Of a stretch of DNA of 35,886 nt, positions 24,746 to 34,603 are shown one piece after another. The first letter of the stretch is position 1; the number at the start of each line of letters is the position of its first letter. The notes under the pieces were generated by a model. The model saw only the letters and a list, made by a program, of their open reading frames with translations, did no database searches and was not told the origin of the DNA. This DNA comes from a virus (taxonomy: Duplodnaviria; Caudoviricetes), in IMG/VR virus record IMGVR_UViG_3300020045_006286, positions 1 through 35,886 of that record; one strand, written 5' to 3'. A program made the translations under genes and the position numbers.

Positions 24746-24940
24746 ATGACGCACACGATCAAAGACAACACAGTTGCCGTGTCAACCGGCATCTACTGGT
24801 TACCCATAACGCCAGATACGCCGCGCAATGTCAAGGTGCTGGCGATCAGCCGAGAGCAGGGAATCGCTCAGTTTGCGGAAATTCGCAACAACGAAACTTG
24901 GTATGACTTCTGGCACCCTGTGCCTAAATTTAGGGAGTGA
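24746..24940 (+). CDS. Hypothetical protein
   Basis: SD AAGGA; WLPI...TPR..KVL...W.PVP.F. Confidence 0.7.
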   Translation: MTHTIKDNTVAVSTGIYWLPITPDTPRNVKVLAISREQGIAQFAEIRNNETWYDFWHPVPKFRE

Positions 24941-25299
24941 TGATGACAAACTTGGAAATTGACAAGGCTCTGGCGCTGGCTATTGGGTGGACTGCCGAGC
25001 AAATGAAGATTTATTCAAATGACACTGTTTGGCTGAAAGACCCAAATTCTGCCAAGTTGTTTAAAGATGAAATCCCATTTCTTCCATGGCGCAAGTTCAG
25101 CCACAAAGACCCAGCCGTGATTTGGCCGATAGCAGAGCGCTTTGCGGCATTCCCTTACCCATTACCGTACCCAATAGGCGGAAAGCCTGAAAAATGGGAT
25201 GTGCTGCTGATTAATGATTACATGCCAGGCCTATCGGTTTCAGACAACCCAGCTACAGCCGTTGCGCTGGCAGTTATTGAAAAGAAGGCGCAGAAATGA
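24937..25299 (+). CDS. Hypothetical protein (possibly NinX-like)
   Basis: EIDKALALAIGW, WPIAER, PATAVALAVI. Confidence 0.7.
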   Translation: MMMTNLEIDKALALAIGWTAEQMKIYSNDTVWLKDPNSAKLFKDEIPFLPWRKFSHKDPAVIWPIAERFAAFPYPLPYPIGGKPEKWDVLLINDYMPGLSVSDNPATAVALAVIEKKAQK

Positions 25300-25535
25300 T
25301 CAACAACCAACAAACAATGGAAACTAGCATGTCGGTTTTGATGGCTGTTGCCGTCAGTAGCAATGGTCGCACCGACTGCCATATTGCTGATTCACCTTAC
25401 ATCCAGCAAAAGCAAGGGTATGAGGCGTGGATTGCAGACAAGCGAAACATGAAGAACACGCTATGGTGCATCAAGCATGTGAAAGTTAACGTGCCATACC
25501 CTGAAAGCTATGAAGATATGGGTAATGCGCCATGA
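25296..25535 (+). CDS. Hypothetical protein
   Basis: ATGA overlaps. Confidence 0.6.
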   Translation: MINNQQTMETSMSVLMAVAVSSNGRTDCHIADSPYIQQKQGYEAWIADKRNMKNTLWCIKHVKVNVPYPESYEDMGNAP

Positions 25536-25744
25536 TCAGCACAATCGAATTCCAGCATGGATCGCTGACCTGCGCAGTATCAAAAGGCGTGTTTTGTCGG
25601 TGGCAGAGCACTACAGGCTTTGGAATGCGGCCATGCTGCGTTCTGTTTGAGCAAGCGCTGTTTGAAGCGGGTGGATGGCTTCGGCGCTGTCCTGAGTGTT
25701 TGGAGAAATTCAAGGAGGCGAAGAATGAACCTGCTCACAATTGA
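25532..25744 (+). CDS. Cys-rich hypothetical protein
   Basis: TC...FCRW...C.LF...RCPECL. Confidence 0.7.
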   Translation: MISTIEFQHGSLTCAVSKGVFCRWQSTTGFGMRPCCVLFEQALFEAGGWLRRCPECLEKFKEAKNEPAHN

Positions 25745-25913
25745 TGACATTAGTCAAATGCTGCAACTCAGCCGTGATTACGTCCGTGACAGGCTTGTGA
25801 AAAAGTCTGATTTTCCAAGGCCATGCCTTTCACTGAGTCAAAAAAACCGCAGATGGGATAAAGTCTCAGTGGACAATTGGCTGAACCAAAACAAAGCCAA
25901 CTTGCTCCGCTGA
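25725..25913 (+). CDS. xis: Excisionase / AlpA-family HTH
   Basis: LLTIDDI..ML.LSR......K..DFPRP......RRW....V..W; SD AGGAGG. Confidence 0.85.
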   Translation: MNLLTIDDISQMLQLSRDYVRDRLVKKSDFPRPCLSLSQKNRRWDKVSVDNWLNQNKANLLR

Positions 25914-26141
25914 TTACTCATTAATTTACTCACGCATCGCCCCGCCATTGGGGGATATGATGCCACCCCAAGGCAAAAGATGATTGTTTTTAATCTTTTG
26001 TTGTTTTTGTGCGTAATTGCTGATTGTCGTCATTTCACTGGTAAATCGTTGGTTTTCATCATTGCGTTGTTGCTCGTTGTTGCGTATCCTTTTCCGTTAT
26101 TCGATCATGAATTACGCAAGATTTACACACGGGGTTACTCA
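25914..26141. other. Probable attP region with integrase arm-type repeats
   Basis: TTACNCA at 25914, 25926, 26112, 26123, 26135 and inverted at 26010; AT-rich, non-coding. Confidence 0.55.
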
Positions 26142-27091
26142 TGGCATACATTGCAAAGCATAAAGACAAGTGGCGTGCGCAGGTTGCAAAGATGGGGGTG
26201 CGCAAGACTGCCGTATTTGACACCAAGCGCGAAGCAACAGAATGGTCCAACCGAACAGAGATTGAAATCAAAGAAGGAATTCTTTCAAAGGACTTACACA
26301 CTCTACAGCAGGCAATTGATAAGTATCTGGAAACAGTCAGTGTTCGCAAGCGTGATGCTGTTTTGTGGGAAAAAAAGCGTTTTGATGCCATGATTGAACA
26401 CTTTGGCGATGTTCCACTGGGTTCTATCACTACTGACTTGATTGGTGATTGGCGAACAGAGCGCATCAAAACAGTGTCAGGATCAACCATCTTGCGCGAG
26501 TCAGGGCTCTATCGTAATTTGTTCAGGGTGGCAAAGCTCGAATGGAAGTGGATCGACTCAAACCCGTTTGAAGGCGTGAAGCTCCCCCAAGCCAATGCAC
26601 CGCGGGTACAGGTTTGGCGGTGGCAGCAGATCAAGCGGGTATTAAGGGCTGGGCAGCGTGTCGGTGGTAAGACGTTGGAAGTTACGCAGGCTTTCCATAT
26701 TGCTCTGCGTACCGGAATGAGGCTAAAAGAAGCCATTGAAGCCCCTCAAGGCTTTGATGCTGGAAGACGCATCATTACCCTGAAAAGCACAAAGACGGCC
26801 AAGCATGGCGAATCTGTACCGCTGACACGGCACGCTTACCGCGTCATGATGACGATGCCGAAACAGTTCGAGACTGCACCCGAACGCGCCTCAATGCTGT
26901 TTTGTCACCTGCTGGATAACCTGCTTATCAAGGATTTGCAGTTTCGTGACGCGAGGGCCACAGCCTTAACGTTGATGGCCAGGCGCATGGATGTGCTTAC
27001 GCTTGCCCGAATAAGCAGGCACAAAGACCTCAAGTTGCTGATTGGAACCTACTACCGAGAATCGGTTGAAGACATTTCACGTAGGCTTTGA
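26141..27091 (+). CDS. int: Tyrosine integrase
   Basis: ALRTGMRLKE, FRDARATA, ISRHKD, TYY. Confidence 0.93.
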   Translation: MAYIAKHKDKWRAQVAKMGVRKTAVFDTKREATEWSNRTEIEIKEGILSKDLHTLQQAIDKYLETVSVRKRDAVLWEKKRFDAMIEHFGDVPLGSITTDLIGDWRTERIKTVSGSTILRESGLYRNLFRVAKLEWKWIDSNPFEGVKLPQANAPRVQVWRWQQIKRVLRAGQRVGGKTLEVTQAFHIALRTGMRLKEAIEAPQGFDAGRRIITLKSTKTAKHGESVPLTRHAYRVMMTMPKQFETAPERASMLFCHLLDNLLIKDLQFRDARATALTLMARRMDVLTLARISRHKDLKLLIGTYYRESVEDISRRL

Positions 27092-27215
27092 TTCCGTATC
27101 AAAACCTAGTCTTTGCAAAGCGTTGATTTTATTGACTATTTTCAGACAGTTGGCGCGTTTTAGGCGCATCAAATTTAAACCGTTGGCGCATTGCTGACGC
27201 AAACATAGGAAAACC

Positions 27216-27455
27216 ATGAGCCAATACAAAACACTTGATTATTTGATAATCGCCAGACTATTCGACCGAAAGGCAGTTGACTTTACCGGGATAGACGCTG
27301 GGCCTGTTCGGGTTGAGGCAAATAGACTAGCAGCAGCAACAGGGCGAAAATCATACCGCGTAATCGATGCGCGACTGCAAGCCTTGAGAAAGAGGGGTGC
27401 TATTCAATTCACTGGACGAGCAGGTGGGCGCGGGTGGGAATTGTCAGAGAAGTGA
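27216..27455 (+). CDS. Hypothetical winged-helix-like protein
   Basis: SD AGGA; IDARLQALRKRGAI. Confidence 0.75.
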   Translation: MSQYKTLDYLIIARLFDRKAVDFTGIDAGPVRVEANRLAAATGRKSYRVIDARLQALRKRGAIQFTGRAGGRGWELSEK

Positions 27456-27529
27456 ATGGCGCATTACAAGGGGGTGGCGTTTCACCACCCCCTTCAAACA
27501 GCAGGCGCTAAATCAAAAGGAATGACGTG

Positions 27530-27745
27530 ATGACCGAGTTTATAGCGACCAATTGGCCCGACTGGAAGGATTGCGGGCGGCGCGTTGAAGTGGAATTTGA
27601 CGATGGATGGACTGTTCAGGGCGATCTATTCGTATCCGACTTTTTCCAGGATGGAGAAGGCGACGAGGTTCCTGTATTTGGGGTGCACGCTGACGATGGC
27701 GTTGAGTACAGCTTTGCGGATGGCAAGCACTGGCGATTTTTGTAA
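27530..27745 (+). CDS. Acidic hypothetical protein
   Basis: SD AAGGA; beta-rich pattern. Confidence 0.7.
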   Translation: MTEFIATNWPDWKDCGRRVEVEFDDGWTVQGDLFVSDFFQDGEGDEVPVFGVHADDGVEYSFADGKHWRFL

Positions 27746-27752
27746 ATCCAAA

Positions 27753-27974
27753 TCAATCCGGCCCCGACACATCCCAGCCTTTTGATAGCCGCGCATGTTG
27801 ACCTGACCATGCCGAATCAGCCTCAAAAGCGGTAACGACATCATCCTGATCGTGGTTTTGGCGTTTGAGCATGATTGCCATTTCAACCGCGTGGATGGCC
27901 CGCAGGTCAGCGAGTTGATCAGCCAGGGTGTGGGCCGTGCAGCGCTGGGCGGTTTCTTGAGTTATTTTGCTCAT
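27753..27974 (-). CDS. Hypothetical protein after the endolysin
   Basis: SD GAGG; ATGA overlap with the lysozyme stop. Confidence 0.55.
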   Translation of the reverse strand: MSKITQETAQRCTAHTLADQLADLRAIHAVEMAIMLKRQNHDQDDVVTAFEADSAWSGQHARLSKGWDVSGPD

Positions 27975-28417
27975 ATCAATGCGGCCTCTGTGTTTCGTCG
28001 TACCGTCAGGCCGCGCAGCACGCGACCACCTGCCTTGTCCCATTTCTTGATCTCACTTGGAACAGCGAGCCAATCCCCGGAATTCACGCGCTTGCGCAAG
28101 GTACTTACCTTGAGGTTTCCTGATCCCAGGTTAAATGTCCAGTCGATCAGGGCGGCAATTCGCCCCGGGGCCTCATGGACAACACCCGGGCACAACTTGA
28201 GCACCGCAGGCAAGTAAACGGTTTTGACATGCCATAACAGCAAGGCCTCTGCCCGCTCACGGGTTATTGGTGCGTCATGCAAAGTTACCCGGGCGCCATC
28301 CTCGTAAAAGGTCGCGCCGTATCCGATGGTGGCAACGCCAGCTGGGCATAAATATGGCGATAAGAAAAGTCCCTCAAAGCGCCGAATAAGCGCCAGAGTT
28401 ATATCCAGCGCATCCAC
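27971..28417 (-). CDS. Endolysin, GH24 (T4/P21-type) lysozyme
   Basis: FEG....PY.CPAGV.TIGYG, FNLG, GL..RR..E. Confidence 0.95.
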   Translation of the reverse strand: MDALDITLALIRRFEGLFLSPYLCPAGVATIGYGATFYEDGARVTLHDAPITRERAEALLLWHVKTVYLPAVLKLCPGVVHEAPGRIAALIDWTFNLGSGNLKVSTLRKRVNSGDWLAVPSEIKKWDKAGGRVLRGLTVRRNTEAALI

Positions 28418-28881
28418 TATTTACCCCGCTTGAACAGGCTTCGGTCAGCCAGATAGATGCCCAACGCGCACCCAGCCAGTGCTATCGTGTTTTCACTCAG
28501 CGTGATCACGGCAAATTCACCCAGCGTAATCATGATGATTGACCATGTCGCCACGCCCGGCCTGATCACCGCATTCCAAGCATCCACCCATGCAACACCA
28601 GTTTTTATGGCCGTGGCACGCACCGCCTCAAGCCAGCCGGTTGCCTCAATCTCACCAATAGCTGATTCAGCCTGCACTTGGATGGTTTTAACGCCTAAAC
28701 CAGCCTGCACAGTGATCGCCTCAAGGTTGCGCGAATGCTGCGCCGCCTCAAGATCGCCTTGCAATCGCATTCTGTCCATCTCCTGCGCGTGATCCTGCTT
28801 TTTGTTCCAGGCGCTGATCAGCTCGCCGAAGATCAATCGGAAGACGTTTCCGCCAAGGAATGAGAGTAGCGCCGTGATCAT
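28417..28881 (-). CDS. Putative holin-like membrane protein
   Basis: N-terminal hydrophobic segment, VIRP motif, two C-terminal helices, RSLFK tail; precedes the lysozyme. Confidence 0.65.
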   Translation of the reverse strand: MITALLSFLGGNVFRLIFGELISAWNKKQDHAQEMDRMRLQGDLEAAQHSRNLEAITVQAGLGVKTIQVQAESAIGEIEATGWLEAVRATAIKTGVAWVDAWNAVIRPGVATWSIIMITLGEFAVITLSENTIALAGCALGIYLADRSLFKRGK

Positions 28882-29174
28882 TTTTGCCCCCGCTCAATCA
28901 GCCGATCCAGCTTGCTATCCATGCGTACATAGTGCGCCTGAAGCGTTGCGATCGACTTTTCAAGGTCGGTCGCCTGCTGGTTATCCCGCTGGTGAAGTAC
29001 GGCCGTATCGGCTTGGATGAGCGAAATGTCGCGTTTGAGGTCGGTATACCCAACGACAATTGACACGGCAATGCCGATGATCGAAATGATCATGCTGACA
29101 TTGATCTCTTTTTTGAGATGCCATGATTGCTCTTGTGGTGCTCGGCGGTCATCGCCTTGGTATTGGTCAGTCAT
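28878..29174 (-). CDS. Single-TM coiled-coil protein of the lysis region
   Basis: WHLKKEI, TM helix, coiled coil ending KLDRLIE. Confidence 0.75.
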   Translation of the reverse strand: MTDQYQGDDRRAPQEQSWHLKKEINVSMIISIIGIAVSIVVGYTDLKRDISLIQADTAVLHQRDNQQATDLEKSIATLQAHYVRMDSKLDRLIERGQK

Positions 29175-29176
29175 GA

Positions 29177-31456
29177 TTACTCCGAATCGCTGGACTTGAA
29201 GGAAAAATTAACAATCAGAACTGCGGTTGTTGCCGGTGCTAACTGAATGCTTAAATAGCCGTTTGACGTGGTGAATGCAAGATAGGCACTTCCAAGGATT
29301 GCAGCTCCACCAGAGCTAAGCGCCGTAACCTGAAAATTCGTATTTCTTGCTGGCCTTGCATATCTTGGCAATTCAATTTGTGCGGTGCCATTTGTAATGG
29401 TTGCAACAGACATCGTGCCGCTTACCGATACCATGCCATTTTTTTCTATAACAATCCGAATGTCAGAATCAGCAGCACTATTCAAGAATCTATCAGCTGT
29501 CAATGCCTGCTCAACCGAACCAGGCAGGCTTATGTAATCATCAACAAGCGCCTGAGCTATTGCCGTTGCATAAAGCTGGTTAGCAAGTGCATCCTGATGG
29601 ATGTTGTCCCGCAATAGTGGATCAGACGAACTCAAATAGGCCGGGTCTGGATTTGGCAGCTCTTCTGGTGTTTTGACAACAACAGCGCCGAGGTCGTAAG
29701 CAATGCGCTCCATGGCCATTCGATACGGTGCGCCCTTATCGTAATTTGACGATGCCTGACCATTCCCACCAGATTGCGTTTGTGTGTACCACATCCACGG
29801 CAAAATAATCAGCGGCTTGCGATTGGCTGCAAGGATGTAGTTGATGACGTTGGTTACAAGCGTTTTCCAAGTTGCCATCGCTTGCAGGCCTTGTGCATTG
29901 TTTGTCCCGGCACAGACTGCCACATAGTAAGCATCGCCAAAACCGTTGGCTTGCATGGATGTGTATTGCTGATCCAGAGTTTGCCCAGCTACTGCGTAAT
30001 TTGTGACAGAGCCAACCTTTAGGCCATACGAGTTTTCGAGAACAGCAGGCAACATTTCACCCCACGAACCGGGGAACTTTTCAGCAGTTGAGTCGCCATA
30101 AATCCGAAGCTCTTTTAGATACTGAGCGCCGATAAGCGCATCTGTACGCCGATCAACAGTCAGACCAGATACTGCAAACGCCGCGGTATTCAGGCAAACA
30201 AACCCGACTTGCATAATGTCTCCGCAGTCTGGCGCGTAAACCTGTGTGAGTGATTTTCCATTGAGTTTAACGACTGCTTTATTGCGTGATACGCGAGTAA
30301 CGCTCCAGACCGAATTTTCAGGGGCAAACGATGTGTAGCTACCTTGGCCAAGCACTGACCACGATAGGCCTGCCGAATTACCAACAACAGTTAGCCCCGT
30401 AGGCTTAAACGCTGTGTAATAGTTTCCTGATCCATTGCTGTAGATTGCAGAGTACCCAGCCGTTCCACGGATGACAATGCCCACTGCACCCGGAGTCGTT
30501 CCGTTGTCGAAATAGGCGCTTGCCGTCTCGTATGGCCCGATGTCAATAAACGCACCACGAAACTTTCCAGAAGTTGTGTTTGTGAAGGTGAGCGAGTTTG
30601 ATGCGCGTGTTGCCGATTCTGTTGCGAACGCATCGCCACTTGGAAACGTCACAGCCAAAGCTTTGACCTTCAGCGTACTGGTCCCATCAAGAGCCAAGCG
30701 AACGCGACTTGAAGGCGTGCGAACGGGCGCAATAGACGTTTGACGTGAGCTTGGTGTTTTTGCAAACACGTAGTTTGAGCTGATGTCTCTGAAATACACC
30801 TTGCAGTCTGTTGCAAAGGTAATTGCCTTGTAAAGCGAATATGGCGCGTTGGCAGCGAAGGAGAGCGTTACACCGACATCTGCGCTGAACACAGCACCAT
30901 CCAGTGCTCCGGATGTAAATGATCCAAGGTAGTAAGTGGTGTCAGTGCTATTGATGCGGGGAAAATGAATGCGGGCTGATGCTGAGCGAGCAAGCAGCAC
31001 GGCGGGCATGTCGTCTGCAACCCCATTGCCAATGGCACCTTTGTTCACAACGCTGTAAATCTCTGAGTTTTTGGCGGATTGTTTTACGCCAAAAACGCCA
31101 GCAACGCCCACAAGCTGATCACCAGTTGATAGGGTTAGCTCTTCTTTTGTCAGCCCCTGATGGACGGTTACTTTTCCTGCTGCTAGATCAGCAGATACCG
31201 TTGTTGATGTATGGGCAATTACAACGACATGCGAAACACCTAAGTACGTGTAAATATCCTTGATAGCGTAGGCTGTAGCGCCAGTGAATGCACCGCGAAA
31301 GTTGAACGCCTTGAGGCTATCAATTGCGCCCTGTACTGTAGATTTGACATGCCCAAGCCTATCTGTGGCCGTCGGAAGCAGGCTAGTAGCAACCTCTGCA
31401 ATGTGATCAAAATCAATATCGCCATTGTTTATTTTTTCAATTGTGAGAGCGGCCAT
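29177..31456 (-). CDS. Tail fibre/spike with SGNH (GDSL) esterase domain
   Basis: GDST, AVAG, GTNN, DNIH blocks; GAIGNGVADD motif; follows the tail tip gene. Confidence 0.85.
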   Translation of the reverse strand: MAALTIEKINNGDIDFDHIAEVATSLLPTATDRLGHVKSTVQGAIDSLKAFNFRGAFTGATAYAIKDIYTYLGVSHVVVIAHTSTTVSADLAAGKVTVHQGLTKEELTLSTGDQLVGVAGVFGVKQSAKNSEIYSVVNKGAIGNGVADDMPAVLLARSASARIHFPRINSTDTTYYLGSFTSGALDGAVFSADVGVTLSFAANAPYSLYKAITFATDCKVYFRDISSNYVFAKTPSSRQTSIAPVRTPSSRVRLALDGTSTLKVKALAVTFPSGDAFATESATRASNSLTFTNTTSGKFRGAFIDIGPYETASAYFDNGTTPGAVGIVIRGTAGYSAIYSNGSGNYYTAFKPTGLTVVGNSAGLSWSVLGQGSYTSFAPENSVWSVTRVSRNKAVVKLNGKSLTQVYAPDCGDIMQVGFVCLNTAAFAVSGLTVDRRTDALIGAQYLKELRIYGDSTAEKFPGSWGEMLPAVLENSYGLKVGSVTNYAVAGQTLDQQYTSMQANGFGDAYYVAVCAGTNNAQGLQAMATWKTLVTNVINYILAANRKPLIILPWMWYTQTQSGGNGQASSNYDKGAPYRMAMERIAYDLGAVVVKTPEELPNPDPAYLSSSDPLLRDNIHQDALANQLYATAIAQALVDDYISLPGSVEQALTADRFLNSAADSDIRIVIEKNGMVSVSGTMSVATITNGTAQIELPRYARPARNTNFQVTALSSGGAAILGSAYLAFTTSNGYLSIQLAPATTAVLIVNFSFKSSDSE

Positions 31457-31463
31457 GGGTTTC

Positions 31464-34238
31464 CTATGAGTTGATGATTGCGGCTTTGTCTGGCACCGCT
31501 AGTTGGTCTGCTGCGTAAAAATCTGCGCTGTAGTTGATGGCTCTAACCGTCACATATTGGCTATCTGTGACATCAATTTCCTGCACTAAATATGCCTGAG
31601 AATCACGGGCGTTGTCGGCTGCAAATGAGAAGATGGTACGGATACCCGCTGCGCCGTGAGTCGTGACAATTGATTCGCTAGGCGGGCTTGCGATGACCAC
31701 GCGCCGAGAGTCGCTACCAGCAGTGCAGGCAATGCTTTGTAAGCCCCCATCACGCTGCATCAAGATAATGCTGTGAGCTTGTCCTGGCGTGAATTTCACA
31801 GGCTGGCTTAGGGTTAGCTCAAGGCCAGATTGGCCGACTACCTCTCCGTCATAGCTCTTGAACCTTGTGTTGTCAACAACGCTTATGCGGGCGTTTGGCA
31901 GCAGTGACCTACCATCCAATGTGGTGACTGTTTCTAGGCTCAGGCGCTGACCTTTGATCTTCGCATATTCACGATTTGCCCGATACCACGCCTGATCAAA
32001 GCTGCGAATACCGGCGATCTCGAATTTCTTTGGTTTTATGGCGCTACCATCTAGCGGCAGATTGATTGTCTCCGATGTGTTTTCGTCTGGGTCTGTATAT
32101 ACAAACTGTACGCCGTCATAGTCAGCATCATTGGCGAATGTGCGCTTTATGGTCAGGCTGTTTGGCTTGCTGTTGCGGTGCGTGAACAGTGAAACGCTGG
32201 ATGTTTGCAGCTTGTCAAATGCCAGCCGAACTACCCCGTTTTGGCGGTACGGGATGCAAAATGCCGAGTCTGCAATCAGCGTCAGGGTTTCCTCAAAGCT
32301 TGTGTTGTCGCTATCAAACGTGTAGTTGAACTGGCCACACTCCAAGCTCCAGGCATCAAGTTCCTGCTGCACTCCCCACATTTGCACTAGGTCGATCTCG
32401 GAAATATCGCGCCGCCCAATGTATGGATCAATCGCCACCGCCGCGATGATGTCAATGATTTTTGATGTCTGGTGAATCGTTCCTGATACGTGTCGTCCCT
32501 CGGAATCAAAAGCACCGCTGAACGTGCTGCCGTTGTATGTTGGCAATAGGCGCGAGTTGATGCAATTCAATTGCCTAGACTTTACCGCTGTCGCCCTTGC
32601 GGTTGCCTGCGTGACCGTGTGTATGGTGGTCTTGTTGCCAAAGTGCGTTTTTGTCTCTGGAACGACTGAATAGAGGTCTTTCCATTTGATTTCATCGACT
32701 ACAGTGCCACCCCATGCGTAGTCATACTGAGTAGTCCTTCGCATACGCACGCGGGCCGGACCTGTCCAGGCCGTAGCATTTTCAACAGTCTCTGCACGTT
32801 CGTCGGTGACTGAGCCGGATAGGCTACCGGTGACAACCTCAACTATGCCAAGTGGTGCATGGGTTGTGGCGTGTAGCTTTTCTATCTCGATCTCAAACTC
32901 AACTTCAGCAGTTGATTTGCCGCCGTTGTCTTTGTACATCCCATTGCTTGCAAGGATGTTGCACCACACCTCTGCTCGATCAGCTTGCGGCAATGTCATC
33001 CAGTCTGTCCACTCGGTTACTCCGACAACCTGCACGCTGCAAGTCTTGTCAAATGTGCGCGGCCATGATGTACCAAGTAGAGTTACATTGGCGTCGTCAA
33101 TCGTTGCAATCTCATATGTCCCGCTGTAGTTTTGTGGCGGGATAGTAACCGTGACAGTGGGCGCTGTTTCATCGACCTGTGATCCTGTGCTAACCGTGAT
33201 TTTTCCCGGCACCCATACGGAAAACGCGACGTAGCCAGCAGCAAATGCGGTAACTGTAAATGTCCCGTTGTTTCCGGCGTTGACGAAGCCTGAAATTGTC
33301 ACGCTGTCGCCAGCTTGAATGCCGATAAACGGGTGAGCCTCGGTGTCGGAATAGATTCGCGTGCTGGCGACTACTGAGACCTCGCCCGTGCTGCTTGGCT
33401 GGTAATCAGTCATCGTGATGACTAATTCATCGCCAACGCCAGCGATTGAATTCAGATTCGGTTGTCGCACCTCTTGCGTGAGTGTTCCGCCGATCAGAAA
33501 ATTGTAGGTGGCGCTTGTCGGTAACTGGATTTGGTTTAGCGCCTTTAGCGTAATTCCATCAACCTCTGTTGCCCGGCGCACAGTCACGATTTGATCGATG
33601 ATTGGATCGCCGATTTGCAGCACTGGCGCATCACCAGAATTTGGGCTTGTGAAAGGCCAGTAGACTGCCGCGCTGGCGTTTGTAATGTCGGCTATGAGTG
33701 TGTCGGCATCGCTCAACAGTGCAATGTCGTTGTAGCCTATGCTGGTGCAGTAATAGCCGTACTCGAAGAGCTTGTGACCGATGTACTTTGTGTACGTCGG
33801 CATCATGAGCGATGGGATACTCTCCACTGTTCCAAAAATATCCTCTGTTCTCTCGCCTAGCCTAACCTTGTTTGCGCGATCACTCAGGGCGTTGTTGGGG
33901 CTGCTCTGCGTCCTGTTGACGTTCCCAGGCATCTCCGGTTTTGGAGTCAGCAGCGTGACTGCAAGAGAGCTGACAAATGCAATAACCGCCCACTGCAGCG
34001 CTGTAAGCTCGAAGCCCGGGCTCTCAAGGATTGTGTATTCCAGCTCGTCGCACGCCATGATGGCCGATATGTCACCGGTGATCTCGTTTTCTTCGCTAGG
34101 CTCTCCGACAAATACCTGCACGCGCACATCTGGTGATGGCCCATAGTGCAACAGCAGCCAGTCAGCCAGGCTTTCTACCTCGAAAACCTTGGGCGCTTGA
34201 ACCTCAAAAATGTGCCTATACAGCCGAACTTCAGTCAT
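31464..34238 (-). CDS. Tail tip / host specificity protein (TipJ-like)
   Basis: SPNNALSDR.N..R.GER..DIFG, FNYTFD..N.SFEET; position in the tail module. Confidence 0.88.
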   Translation of the reverse strand: MTEVRLYRHIFEVQAPKVFEVESLADWLLLHYGPSPDVRVQVFVGEPSEENEITGDISAIMACDELEYTILESPGFELTALQWAVIAFVSSLAVTLLTPKPEMPGNVNRTQSSPNNALSDRANKVRLGERTEDIFGTVESIPSLMMPTYTKYIGHKLFEYGYYCTSIGYNDIALLSDADTLIADITNASAAVYWPFTSPNSGDAPVLQIGDPIIDQIVTVRRATEVDGITLKALNQIQLPTSATYNFLIGGTLTQEVRQPNLNSIAGVGDELVITMTDYQPSSTGEVSVVASTRIYSDTEAHPFIGIQAGDSVTISGFVNAGNNGTFTVTAFAAGYVAFSVWVPGKITVSTGSQVDETAPTVTVTIPPQNYSGTYEIATIDDANVTLLGTSWPRTFDKTCSVQVVGVTEWTDWMTLPQADRAEVWCNILASNGMYKDNGGKSTAEVEFEIEIEKLHATTHAPLGIVEVVTGSLSGSVTDERAETVENATAWTGPARVRMRRTTQYDYAWGGTVVDEIKWKDLYSVVPETKTHFGNKTTIHTVTQATARATAVKSRQLNCINSRLLPTYNGSTFSGAFDSEGRHVSGTIHQTSKIIDIIAAVAIDPYIGRRDISEIDLVQMWGVQQELDAWSLECGQFNYTFDSDNTSFEETLTLIADSAFCIPYRQNGVVRLAFDKLQTSSVSLFTHRNSKPNSLTIKRTFANDADYDGVQFVYTDPDENTSETINLPLDGSAIKPKKFEIAGIRSFDQAWYRANREYAKIKGQRLSLETVTTLDGRSLLPNARISVVDNTRFKSYDGEVVGQSGLELTLSQPVKFTPGQAHSIILMQRDGGLQSIACTAGSDSRRVVIASPPSESIVTTHGAAGIRTIFSFAADNARDSQAYLVQEIDVTDSQYVTVRAINYSADFYAADQLAVPDKAAIINS

Positions 34239-34603
34239 GACTTAGCCCAAAATTCAACGACTCCGAATGTGTCTCGGATGACTGATAGCGGCTCGTAATA
34301 GACGTTACCCGGCTGTGCGTGAAGCACCCCACCCTGCCAGTAGATACCGCAGTGATGGATTCCTATGTCAGCGGTTTTTCCAAGCAGAACCACGGCCATG
34401 TCTACAGGCTCTTTGATCTGAGAAAACCCATGGGCAGATTTGTGCAGAGCGATGCGAAAAGCCGTAGCCATTTGACGCACTGAGCGATTGATCTGCTTGT
34501 AATCAACTGCGATAGCCTGCAACTCTCGCTCGTAGACCAATGAAACAAGTTCCCAGCAGGGCTGCGGTCCGAATTGCTGTTGTTGGTAGTAGTCGATGTC
34601 CAT
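34235..34603 (-). CDS. Tail assembly protein, NlpC/P60-like
   Basis: CWELV...HCGIY...VLHA. Confidence 0.82.
   Translation of the reverse strand: MDIDYYQQQQFGPQPCWELVSLVYERELQAIAVDYKQINRSVRQMATAFRIALHKSAHGFSQIKEPVDMAVVLLGKTADIGIHHCGIYWQGGVLHAQPGNVYYEPLSVIRDTFGVVEFWAKS

Noticed and set aside
27090-27530. Integron attC cassettes
   Set aside because: GTTGGCG does not fit GTTRRRY, no matching RYYYAAC was found, and the integrase lacks the IntI-specific insertion
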